From the NCBI GenBank assembly GCA_020348925.1, contig CP070758.1, positions 543,481 through 563,480 of the forward strand: 20,000 bases of DNA, read 5' to 3'. Origin of the DNA: Gemmatimonadota bacterium (GTDB taxonomy: Bacteria > JBHIER01 > G020348925). Position 1 is the first letter of the stretch; each line of letters opens with the position of its first letter. The translations under genes and the position numbers were made by a program. Below, in pieces: positions 8,585-18,171 of the stretch. The notes beneath the pieces are model-generated. The model did not search any database. It was not told the origin of the DNA and saw only the letters and a list, made by a program, of their open reading frames with translations.

Positions 8585-9472
8585 TCAGCCCCACCGCCCT
8601 TCCGCAATGGGGACGACCTTACCGCCGACAAAGATCTCGAGACCTTCATCCCGTCCCTGTGCCCGGAGAGAAATGTGCGACGGCCTTCCGATCTCATATC
8701 CCTGACCCGTGGCCAGATCGATTCTGTCAGATTTGAGATAACGATTTTTTACAAGGTAGGCGGCCAAGCATCCGTTGCCGCTGCCTGTTGCCGGATCTTC
8801 GGAAATCCCGAGACAGATGGGAAAGACACGGACGCCGAATTCTTGCCCTTCCGAATACCCTTCCGGGCAGAAGGTCAGTATGATTTTGGCCCATGACTCC
8901 CTGATGAGCTCATCGTAGAGCTCCCTCCTTATCGAGACCCGTTTTAATGCGTCGAGAGACGTCAGGGGGACGACAATAAAGGGTAAACCGGTGGATACTT
9001 CTTCGATGGGCCAGCGGACGTCGATGTCGTCTTCCTTCAGACTCAGAACTTTTGCCATGGGCTCGACATCCATGATTTTACCGAAGGTCGGCTCGGCCTG
9101 CTTCATCCAGAGCGTCCCGTCTCCGTTCCCCTCCGGAAATTCAACCGGAACCTGGCCCACCTTGAGATTCAATACGACTCTGTTCACTGGTTGTTGCATG
9201 ATGTGTTTCCGGATGATGTAGGCGGTTCCCAGGGTCGGATGACCGGCAAAATCGATCTCGGCCATCGGCGTGAAGATGCGCACATTATATCCGCCATCCT
9301 GCGGCTCGTCGGACAGGATAAAGGTCGTCTCCGAGAAATTGATCTCGCGAGCTATGCGCTGCATCTCCTCATCCGACAGAGAGGCGCAATGGGTGAAGGT
9401 CGCCAGTTGATTGCCGGAATACTTCCCCTGACTGAAAACGTCGGTAAAGAAAAATTTTGGTTGAGAATTCAT
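8585..9472 (-). CDS. PhzF family phenazine biosynthesis-like isomerase/epimerase
   Basis: DVFS..YSGNQLA, INFSETTF, RIFTP..EIDFAGHPTLG, EDPATGSGNG and QGYEIGRPS motifs. Confidence 0.93.
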   Translation of the reverse strand: MNSQPKFFFTDVFSQGKYSGNQLATFTHCASLSDEEMQRIAREINFSETTFILSDEPQDGGYNVRIFTPMAEIDFAGHPTLGTAYIIRKHIMQQPVNRVVLNLKVGQVPVEFPEGNGDGTLWMKQAEPTFGKIMDVEPMAKVLSLKEDDIDVRWPIEEVSTGLPFIVVPLTSLDALKRVSIRRELYDELIRESWAKIILTFCPEGYSEGQEFGVRVFPICLGISEDPATGSGNGCLAAYLVKNRYLKSDRIDLATGQGYEIGRPSHISLRAQGRDEGLEIFVGGKVVPIAEGRWG

Positions 9473-9572
9473 CCGTCTCCTCCTTTTTTATTTTTCTGTT
9501 GCAATGATATATTTTTTTCATTAATATTGCAAATATTGTTTTAGTATCGGATTAATACCCTGGAGGTATAAG

Positions 9573-10454
9573 ATGGAACTACGGCATTTGCGGTATTTTT
9601 TGACCTTGGCGGACGAGTTGCATTTCGGAAGAGCCGCCGAAAAATTGTTCATGGCCCAACCTCCCTTGAGCCGGCAGATCAAACTGCTGGAGGAGGAACT
9701 GGGCGTTGAGCTGTTCAACAGGACGAAAAAGAGCGTTCAGTTAACACCCTACGGTAAATACCTGAGGGAGGAGGCCGTCAAAATATTCCGACAAATGGAA
9801 ATAATGAAAAATCGGTTGGATTTGCTGAAAGAGGGCGTTATCGGTCAGATAAAAATCGGCTACGTGGGATCGGCCATGCATTCCCTGCTGCCGGAAGTGC
9901 TCTCATTATTGAATCGAAAATATTCGGAGATTGATACCTTTCTATCGGAATTGGACAACGATGGCCAGATCGAGGCTTTGAGAAACGGCAATATCGATGT
10001 GGGCTTTGTCAGGCCTCCCATCAAAGCCGACGACATCTCTATAAAACCGATCTGTTCGGAAACCTTCTCCGTGATCGTGCCTTTTTCGCATCCGTTGGCC
10101 AAATCGAAAAAAATACATCTGGAGCAATTGGCGGACGAGCCCTTCGTCAGCTTCTGCCGTCAGTGCGGTCCCTCGTTGTTCGACAAGACGGTCAGTATCT
10201 GCAACAGGGTTGGATTTTTCCCGAAGATCGTTCACGAAACGAGCCAGATCAATTCTCTGGTCAGGCTTGTCGAGAGCAACATGGGCTACTCCATTGTTCC
10301 CACAGGCGTGAAATCGGGGTATAATCTACGGGTAAAATTTTATGAACTCGATCAATTCCCCGAACGGGCCGAGCTGGCCTTGGCTTACAATCCCAATCAT
10401 CTCACGGCCACAACCGAAAAAGTGATCGACTTGATTTCGAACTTTTGTTCTTAG
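9573..10454 (+). CDS. LysR family transcriptional regulator, divergent from the PhzF-like gene
   Basis: MELRHLRYF...ELHFGRAAEKLFMAQPPLSRQIKLLEEELG HTH plus substrate-binding domain. GGAGG RBS. Confidence 0.95.
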   Translation: MELRHLRYFLTLADELHFGRAAEKLFMAQPPLSRQIKLLEEELGVELFNRTKKSVQLTPYGKYLREEAVKIFRQMEIMKNRLDLLKEGVIGQIKIGYVGSAMHSLLPEVLSLLNRKYSEIDTFLSELDNDGQIEALRNGNIDVGFVRPPIKADDISIKPICSETFSVIVPFSHPLAKSKKIHLEQLADEPFVSFCRQCGPSLFDKTVSICNRVGFFPKIVHETSQINSLVRLVESNMGYSIVPTGVKSGYNLRVKFYELDQFPERAELALAYNPNHLTATTEKVIDLISNFCS

Positions 10455-10814
10455 AATTCGTTAGCGATTCCAATACCATTCATTAGAGATAGCCGCAGCT
10501 TGATCGTCTTCAGTCGTTTTGGCCCCGTCAGGTCTTAAATGGACGGTGGTACAGAAAGCGATTTAAAATACCATAATTTAGAAAGAAAAGATGTGATTTT
10601 GATGGTTTGATCCTGAAGGCAACTGGCCAGTTTTCAAGTGCCCACTGACAGAAAACTTAATTTTGAAAGGTTGACCCTGAATAATTTCTGTCACAGTCAA
10701 CCATCTTAAGGTGTCAAAGGATTGAAGTGAAAGAGGCGCATGTATTGAGAGAACCTTTTGAACCGGCAATGATTAGAAACGCGGTTTTCAATTACATGGA
10801 AGGAGACGTGCGAG

Positions 10815-11816
10815 ATGAAAGTAAGAAAAATCAGTTGCTTGCTTCTTCAATCACTCGTAATTCTATTCACTGTGTTCTCCGGGATTACCATCTTGTATGG
10901 TCAGTCATTTCATTTTGACTTTGAAGATGGTTACCAGGAATGGAAAGCGGATTTCGCTGATTATCCCGTTGGGGACAGTGCACATTGGAACCTCAACCAT
11001 TTTCATCAGGCGATGCCCGATATTGTCCCTGTTCAGAATGGACTCAGAATGGTGGGAGACAATTTTTCCGATGATCTCTTTTTCTTTATGAAAAGAAAGA
11101 TCGAAGGGTTACATCCAAACACTAAATTTCAAATCATTTTTTCGATAGACGTAGTTACGAATATGCCGCCGAACGCAATAGGTGGTTCAGATCTCATGCT
11201 GAAAGCCGGGGCCACGATCATTGAACCCAAAAAAATTGTTGTTGACGAGGATGGAATCCAGTATTACAGAATGAATATTAACAAAGATAGCCAGTCGCAG
11301 CCCGGTACGGACATGGATACGTTGGGACATGTACACCATGACGTGACAGACAACTTCGATTATCATATAGCCAACTATCAAAATGGAATGGAACCATTTG
11401 AAATCACATCGGATTCAAACGGTGAATTGTGGGTGATAATCGGGGCAGAGAGTCAATTTGAAGGTCCGGCTGAATTCTTGATAGCACATACTGAATGTAC
11501 TTTAGAGAATAGAACTTCGATAGAAGACCATGAAAAACATAAAGAAATACCTGCAGATTTTGAACTTTTCCAGAACCATCCAAATCCTTTCAATCCGCAT
11601 ACAGAGATTGCGTTCGGGTTGCCCGAAGATACTCCGATTCGATTGGTTGTTTACAATACCTTGGGACAGGAAGTGGACATACTGGTACATTCGGTCATGG
11701 AGGCCGGTCATCAAAAGGTGATGTGGGATGCTTCCAACTATGCCAGCGGGATCTATTTTTATAGACTTTTAGCTGGTGATTTTACATTCATCAGGAAAAT
11801 GATTTTGCTCAAGTGA
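10815..11816 (+). CDS. Secreted protein with C-terminal T9SS type A/FlgD-like sorting domain
   Basis: Signal peptide, N-terminal domain of unknown function (WKADFADYP, NFSDDLFFFMKRKI), C-terminal QNHPNPFNP.T.I.F.LP...YNTLGQEV...WDAS..ASGIYFYRL...KMILLK. Confidence 0.8.
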   Translation: MKVRKISCLLLQSLVILFTVFSGITILYGQSFHFDFEDGYQEWKADFADYPVGDSAHWNLNHFHQAMPDIVPVQNGLRMVGDNFSDDLFFFMKRKIEGLHPNTKFQIIFSIDVVTNMPPNAIGGSDLMLKAGATIIEPKKIVVDEDGIQYYRMNINKDSQSQPGTDMDTLGHVHHDVTDNFDYHIANYQNGMEPFEITSDSNGELWVIIGAESQFEGPAEFLIAHTECTLENRTSIEDHEKHKEIPADFELFQNHPNPFNPHTEIAFGLPEDTPIRLVVYNTLGQEVDILVHSVMEAGHQKVMWDASNYASGIYFYRLLAGDFTFIRKMILLK

Positions 11817-12013
11817 TTTCTTTCAAAATCGATTGAAACAGTATCGTTAATAATATTCCTTTTCAAGGGAAGATGTTGAATAAGGTTCGAAAAATGCTAC
11901 GATTGTATTTAGAAACAACGCTTTTCGCATAAGCATCCGGCTCCATATCTTCGGGAATCTTCTCAGGGAGATAACAACACAAATCGCTTCTGCGCAATGA
12001 GAGGAGATGTGCT

Positions 12014-13117
12014 ATGAAAAAGTGTTATATAATTGCAGGGACGATCGTTTTGTTGTTTTGTCTGAGATTTTTTGTCTCGGCACAACTGTTTGATAACGAC
12101 AGAACGAAAGGGGATGTCAATGGAGATGGCGTCGTAAATATCCTGGATGCGATACGCAGCGTGGAAATTGTCTTGGGGATCCAGTCTCCACCCAGCCAAG
12201 ATGAGCTTTGGGCTGCTGATTGCAATGGAGATGAACAGATCAATGTTCTTGATGTATTAGGCGTTGTCAATGTCGCTTTAGAGATAGGAACATGCCTTTC
12301 CTCGTGCGAGGAACTCGATTGTGACGATGGCAATCCATGTACTGAGGACTACTGTGATTCTTTACTCATTCGGTGTGTGCACAATTCGTTGCCCTCTGGA
12401 ATGTCTTGCGATGATGGTGATCCCTGTACTGAGAATGACATATGCCAGAATGGAATCTGTGTAGGAACGCCCACGGACTGCATCGATAGAGACGGGATTA
12501 CCTATCAGACGGTCATGATCGGCGATCAATGTTGGATGGCTGAAAACTTGAAGGTGACACACTACCGGAACGGCGATCCCATACCCAATGTCACTGTTGA
12601 TACAGAGTGGGCGAATTTGACAAGCGGGGCTTACTGCGATTATGACAATAATGCTGATAATGTGTCTGTGTATGGGCGACTGTACAACTGGTACGCAGTG
12701 GACGACAACCGCAATATCGCCCCCGAAGGCTGGCATGTGCCCAGCGATGATGAGTGGAAGCAGCTGGAGCTGTATCTGGGGATGAGCCAGTCGGAGGCTG
12801 ATGATACAGGATATCGTGGGACAGACCAGGGTGGCAAATTAAAGGCGACGGGGACGATTGAAGAGGGGACAGGGCAGTGGCATGCTCCAAACGCTGGAGC
12901 TACAAATGAAACCGATTTTTCCGCGATGCCTGGTGGGGCCTGTTACAGCGAGGATGGGACCTTTAATAATCTGGGTTTCCACGCCCCCTTCTGGTCTTCG
13001 ACAAAGGGCGGGAGTAACACTGCCTGGGGCCGGAGCCTGGGTTGCGTCAGTGCAGAGGTTTGCCGCAACAACGTCGATATGCAGTATGGTTTTTCCGTGC
13101 GTTGTGTGAGGGATTGA
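12014..13117 (+). CDS. Secreted protein: dockerin-I-like pair + Cys-rich CDDG.PCT repeats + Fibrobacter succinogenes major paralogous (Fib_succ_major) domain
   Basis: GDVNGDGVVNILD and ADCNGDEQINVLDV; CDDGNPCTEDYC and CDDGDPCTENDIC; YQTVMIGDQCWMAENL, YGRLYNWYAV, PEGWHVPSDDEW, FWSST and GFSVRCVRD. Confidence 0.88.
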   Translation: MKKCYIIAGTIVLLFCLRFFVSAQLFDNDRTKGDVNGDGVVNILDAIRSVEIVLGIQSPPSQDELWAADCNGDEQINVLDVLGVVNVALEIGTCLSSCEELDCDDGNPCTEDYCDSLLIRCVHNSLPSGMSCDDGDPCTENDICQNGICVGTPTDCIDRDGITYQTVMIGDQCWMAENLKVTHYRNGDPIPNVTVDTEWANLTSGAYCDYDNNADNVSVYGRLYNWYAVDDNRNIAPEGWHVPSDDEWKQLELYLGMSQSEADDTGYRGTDQGGKLKATGTIEEGTGQWHAPNAGATNETDFSAMPGGACYSEDGTFNNLGFHAPFWSSTKGGSNTAWGRSLGCVSAEVCRNNVDMQYGFSVRCVRD

Positions 13118-13156
13118 CTATTTGCCATTTGACTATTTTATCCCCCGAATTGGGAT
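13114..13156 (+). repeat. TTGACTATTT direct repeat plus short hairpin at the end of the Fib_succ_major gene
   Basis: TTGACTATTT at 13114-13123 and 13129-13138, then ATCCC-ccgaatt-GGGAT at 13140-13156. Confidence 0.6.
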
Positions 13157-13662
13157 CGAAAATTTTTAGGACTCTGTCTAAATGAGATGAATTGCCCGTG
13201 TGCAAGGTAAATCATGATTTGTTGTTGGGGATTTTCCTTTGAAGTTTGATTTCTGTAATTCTTGGGAAAATCTAATAGTATCGTTCAATATCTAGCATTG
13301 AATATTAGTTTTGAAAATCTTCACTTTCAAGAATTTTTTCAGATCCGTTCCCCAAAAGTGTTTGTTATCAAAGAAAAACCTTACTTTTGATTTATTGAGG
13401 GCGATAAATGTTTCTGACGAGAATTACAGAATTCACGAAGAGATATTTATCAGGTACCTATCGGCCACGTTCACCCGGCAGGCCATTCCTGCACTGTTGA
13501 AAGAAAGAAGCTTGGGTGGCAGTTGAGCCATTTTGAAAACGCAAGGATATGAATCCACGGTTTTCGCCTTTCTCAATTTCCCACCTTCTAATCACTTTAC
13601 ATGCCTTATTGTACAGCCTGTCTTGTAAAACCCCACGAGCTCTTAGATATTTAAAAAAGTAC

Positions 13663-13691
13663 TTGACAACAAATTTAGAATATCTTAATCT
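13663..13691 (+). promoter_or_regulatory. Putative sigma70 promoter for the 13915 gene
   Basis: TTGACA (13663-13668), 17-bp spacer, TAATCT (13686-13691), with an A-rich upstream tract. Confidence 0.6.
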
Positions 13692-13914
13692 TACCTTTCT
13701 AAAAAGGTCCTTGTCAGGCAAAAAGATGAAATTCTGGGTTCATGCTGAACCTATAGATAATATACAATAAACCTGTCAGTTGCATAGATGTCAACCCGGA
13801 AGTGATGGATATACGAACAGAACCAATTAAACAGATTGAACTCACGACGCTGTCGAGGTACACACTTCACCCTCTAATCCTCGATTTTATCGGGAATCAG
13901 AAAGGAGGAAGCAA

Positions 13915-15806
13915 ATGACTAAGCACCATATAGTCCTTTGCATCGTCATCGCCCTGACACTGGCGATGGCACTTGCTTCCCTGGCTGATGTGCCGCAGCT
14001 TATCAGTTTTCAGGGCAAACTGAGTGACAATGTCGGCAATCCATTAAACGGTCACTACGAAATCACTTTTCGCATCTATAATGTCCAATCGGGAGGAACA
14101 CCCCTCTGGTCGGAGACACTGAATGTGCAGTGCGAGGATGGACTGTACAGTGTTATTCTTGGAAAGATCAGCCTCATCGCTCTCGACTTCGCCGGTCAGT
14201 ATTGGCTGGGTGTCCAGATCACAGGTGAGGGTGAGCTCTCGCCCAGGTACGAGTTAACCTCTGTTCCAGGAGCCTTCAGGGCCGCTGTGGCCGACTCTGC
14301 GGTAACATCCGCCTCAGCGGTTAACGCAGATAAAGTGGACAATAGAGATGCCGATGATTTTGCTGTCTCTGATCATCAGCACGACGATCGCTACTACACT
14401 GAGATGGAATTGAATACATCAGATGGCAACCCGCCCAATGAGGGTTCCAACCGAATGAGCTGGGATAACCTGACCGACGTACCCGCAGGTTTTGCAGATG
14501 GTACTGACGAAGTTGGTGAACCTGGTCAAAGTCTGTCTCAGGTAAGTGCAGGTACCGGCATCAACGTAACTGACCCAACGGGTCCGACAGCAACTGTGGC
14601 CCACGCGACCGATGCGTCAGCCCTGCCTAATGCCCACCACACCAAGACCACCTCTGCCTCTGAATTGAATTCGGGAACTTTGGATAACGCCCGTTTTTCG
14701 GCTTACAGCGATCTGGGTGCCGAAGGGAAGATTGGGACCGGTTCTGACCAAGTGTCAACTGGCGATCACAACCACGACGCTGATTATGTGAACGCTGGCC
14801 AGGATAATTCCATCACCAGTGGGATGATCGTAAATGGTACGATACAGCAGGCAGATGTTTCTTTCTCTATAGGAGATGGCCACTCGCTTGATGCGGCCGA
14901 CGGAGATCCGACGGATGTAGTGTATGTGGATAATACTGGGAAAGTTGGCATCGGGATAACGAATCCGTCAGAGAAATTGGATGTTGAAGGAAGTATTCGT
15001 GCAAGCGGTACTGTCAGCAGCGGAAATTCGGTGACTATTGACGGGTCAAATCACCGCATCAATTCTTCCGACACATTTGAACTATATGTGAATGGGGATC
15101 GTGCTCTTCGCATTGAATCCCAATCTGAATTTCCGACTATCATAGGGGGATTCAGTGAGAATGTCGTCAAGACAGGTGTGTGGGGTGCTGTTATTGCTGG
15201 GGGCGGAGAAATAGACAGAATCAATCAGGTAACTGATAGATATGGCACAGTGGGGGGGGGCTCCGGAAATCAGGCTGGCGACAACGAGGGAACGATAACC
15301 GACGCCATCTACGCCACCGTTGGTGGGGGCACTATCAATACAGCCAGCGGGAGTAATGCCACAGTCAGCGGGGGCAAATACAATACAGCCAGCGGGAGTG
15401 GTGCCACAGTCAGCGGGGGCGCATTCAATACAGCGGGCGGAGTTAACGCCACTGTCAGCGGGGGGCAAAGCAACATCGCCAGTAGCTACAGGGCCACGGT
15501 CGGCGGGGGAGAAAACAACGAAGCCAGCGGTTCCAGAGGCACCATTAGCGGAGGCGGTGGCAACGAAGCTGGTGGCGGTTTTTCCACCGTTGGCGGGGGT
15601 TACCACAATACAGCGAGCGGAGATTACGCTACTGTCAGTGGGGGGGATGGCAACATCGCCAGTGGCCACAGTGCCAACATCGGCGGGGGAGCAAACAACG
15701 AAGCCAGTGGTTACACCGCAACTGTTCCAGGAGGGCGAGATAACTCCGCCGTTAGGTCTTACAGTTTTGCCGCCGGCCGGCGGGCTAAGGCCAATCATGA
15801 AGGAAC
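13915..15806 (+). CDS. Large secreted fibre/adhesin-like protein with Gly-rich beta-roll repeats, truncated by the scaffold gap
   Basis: AAGGAGG RBS, signal peptide, VPQLISFQGKL...G..LWSET N-domain, H.HD.RY and GKVGIG..NP..KLDV.G motifs typical of tail-fibre-like proteins, then 15-aa repeats. The frame is open up to the Ns. Confidence 0.75.
15313..15762 (+). repeat. Ten tandem 45-bp (15-aa) coding repeats, consensus ATVSGGxxNxASGxx
   Basis: Units counted directly from ATVGGGTINTASGSN to ATVPGGRDNSAVRSY. Confidence 0.9.
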
Positions 15807-15906
15807 NNNNNNNNNNNNNNNNNNNNNNNNNNNNNNNNNNNNNNNNNNNNNNNNNNNNNNNNNNNNNNNNNNNNNNNNNNNNNNNNNNNNNNNNNNNNNN
15901 NNNNNN
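15807..15906. other. Assembly gap (100 N)
   Basis: Run of exactly 100 Ns. Confidence 1.
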
Positions 15907-17882
15907 CCTTCAAAGAGAGGAAAGCTCACATTGAGTCCCACGCTCCAATCCGTATCGTCTCTCTCTGGCAATGAGGGGATCAGGCTCAACCCGCTCTCCG
16001 AGCCGACTCCACTTCGAGAAAAAATATGATCGACTTCACCCTGGAGAGCAACAGTCGGAGCCCAAAAGCTGTTTGTGGCGGAACTCACAACACGCTGCTG
16101 AGCAGCAATGGCCGCATCCAGTGACAGGAGCTCAGGGGAATTGAGAAAACCCTCCTCAACAGCGAAGGCCCGGAACACCCGAAAGGACTGGGGGTCTCCC
16201 AAATATCGGATTAATCGCTCTTCGGCCGATAGTAAACCCGGTGCTTCAAAATCCGCCTCTTTAGTCCGGAAGGCCTCTTCGGCTGGACGGTGGAGCAGTC
16301 TATTCAAATCTATTTCTGTTAGGTTGCGCTGCGAATTGGACTCGATGACCTTTTTTCTGTTCGTAGCAATCTCGCTCTCCCATCGATAGACTTCGGCAGG
16401 CCCTGCGCTGCCAACCATCTCTCGAACCCTGGCCAACTCCAGATGAGAACGCGTCTGTTTTAAATTCTCCTTCTGGATTTGCTCAATAGTCTTCGCTTTC
16501 AAAACATTTAAATAGGCAGTAGCCGCCGACTGGATGATGTCGAGACGAAGTTGCTCCAGTTGCTGCTCTCTGGTTCTCTGCAGATTTTTTTGAATCGATA
16601 CATTGGCCCAGGCCGACTCCGAGAAAATGACTTGAGTCGCTGTGACAGATCCTGAAAGCGTCCGCTCGGCCTGCTGCCCGAAACTCGCTTCAGCTCTATC
16701 TTTGTCAATAACCAATCCTAATCCTGACACATCCACCTGGGGTAGAAGATTAGCCCAGGCACTCTTCACTTCTTGTTCTCCTGCAGCCACAACGTGTTTC
16801 TGGACCGCGAGATCGAGGTTCGCAGCAATAGCCTCCTGAACTGCTTTGTACATGTCCAGCTCTCGTTCGATTTCCACCCTCTCCTCCTTGATGACATCCG
16901 CTTCTGTTAAAACAGCCCATGGAGGGTCAACGCCGATGGCGCGAGATGTCGCTCTATTGATCGTCAGTCTCGATCGTGGGGCAAAGGACACAGGAATAGA
17001 ACCCGGCTCTTCACCGAGAAGTATTCTTTGGGTGTTGAGGGCGACCCTGCGGGCAATCTTGGGAAGTATCTCGGATTTGAGACCGGCCATAATACCCCGC
17101 TCAACCTCACTTCTGCCCAGGAAGGAAAAACTCGGAAGCTTCCGTTCGATCAAACCTGCGACCAATTTGTCAAACTCTCTTGAAGGGAGATGAGTCATTG
17201 GAATAACATAAACGGCTTCAGCGTCTTGAGGTATACTCGAAAGCGCCTGATCAACAGTCTTATCGACAGAGACAGTTTCGTATTCCAGGCTCAATGCTTC
17301 CATAACACGAGGAACATTCTTACGCGGCGCTTCTATGGCCTCATAGTACGGCCGGCTGATGAGTATGACCAACTTTCTGAAAGGAACAATCTCCAAGAAC
17401 GCTTCAATGTCTGTCTTGATCGTTGACGGTAAGGATACGTAGTTAAGATTCGTGATCCCACTCGCCCCATCCTTGAGAAGGATATCCTGAAGTTCGCGGT
17501 CGATAACAAATGGCGCGATGACCGGTTTTGGTAATTCCCCGCGACGACAGACGTCATCGGAAGCGATGACTCCCAGAGCAAGGATCAGGTCAACTTCAGA
17601 ATCGGTGAGCAATCTTTCAATAGCCTCTTGCACGCCCGCGGCTGTCCAGTCCGCCTCGAGCCGTTTTTCGCCTGGAAATCTGACATCGAATTCCCGGCGT
17701 GTCAGTTCGAGAATCTCCCTCTGGAAAAGCGTCCTGATCTCATCGTTCCGTTCCCACGGTCCGTCGATAACTACACCAATATTCACAACGGGCAAGTCCG
17801 CCAGGGTTTGCGTGTAAGGTAAAAGAACGGAACTCAACATTAAAAAGAATTTAAGTACATTTCGTCTATTCGTCATGATCAT
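15907..17882 (-). CDS. TolC-family outer membrane efflux protein with N-terminal ABC-type substrate-binding-like domain, 3' end lost in the gap
   Basis: Signal peptide. N-domain IGVVIDGPW...DLILALG...RRVALN.QRILLGE...LTIN..T.RAIG. OEP-type C-domain AVQEAIAANLDL...LLPQV...AYLNVLKA...NSPEL...WSVGLNVSFPLFE. Confidence 0.85.
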
Positions 17883-18090
17883 CCCTCCCGATCCTTTAGG
17901 AAAACGTCCAACGCGTCAAAATGGATTATTTTCAACAGGATTCTCGTAAGACCTACAAGTATACCGGCAAAAAGTGGGCAGCATCAGAGGACAATGCAAA
18001 TACTGTAATTTTTCAAAAACAGATAGTTAAATTAGCAATCCTGTGCCCGCTTTGTCAAGGTCTTTTTCAGGAAAACTCTGTAAAAAAGAC

Positions 18091-18136
18091 TTGACTCAGA
18101 AATATTGGATCTTACATTATTATGAGCATATGCTCA
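18091..18136 (+). promoter_or_regulatory. Putative sigma70 promoter with adjacent perfect palindromic operator TGAGCATATGCTCA
   Basis: TTGACT (18091-18096), 16-bp spacer, TACATT (18113-18118), and a 14-bp palindrome at 18123-18136 near the predicted +1. Confidence 0.7.
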
Positions 18137-18171
18137 AAAACCTGAAACGCGAACGAAGGAGCTCTTCTCCT

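Noticed and set aside
1-9472. Integron cassette array (many unrelated co-oriented genes)
   Set aside because: No recurring attC-like RYYYAAC...GTTRRRY structures between genes and no integrase seen. Some genes overlap or are tightly coupled.
13118-13914. Possible DGR template repeat or RT in the long intergenic region
   Set aside because: No AAC-rich copy of the 12938-13117 segment and no RT motifs found by eye. The short ORFs here (13311, 13458, 13549) look non-coding.
15313-15762. CRISPR-like periodic repeat
   Set aside because: Repeats are degenerate, in-frame 45-bp coding units without unique spacers, and no cas genes are present.
15795-16029. ORF-track extensions of the 13915 (+) and 17882 (-) genes across the N run
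   Set aside because: Artefacts of translating through the gap. The true 3' ends are unknown.
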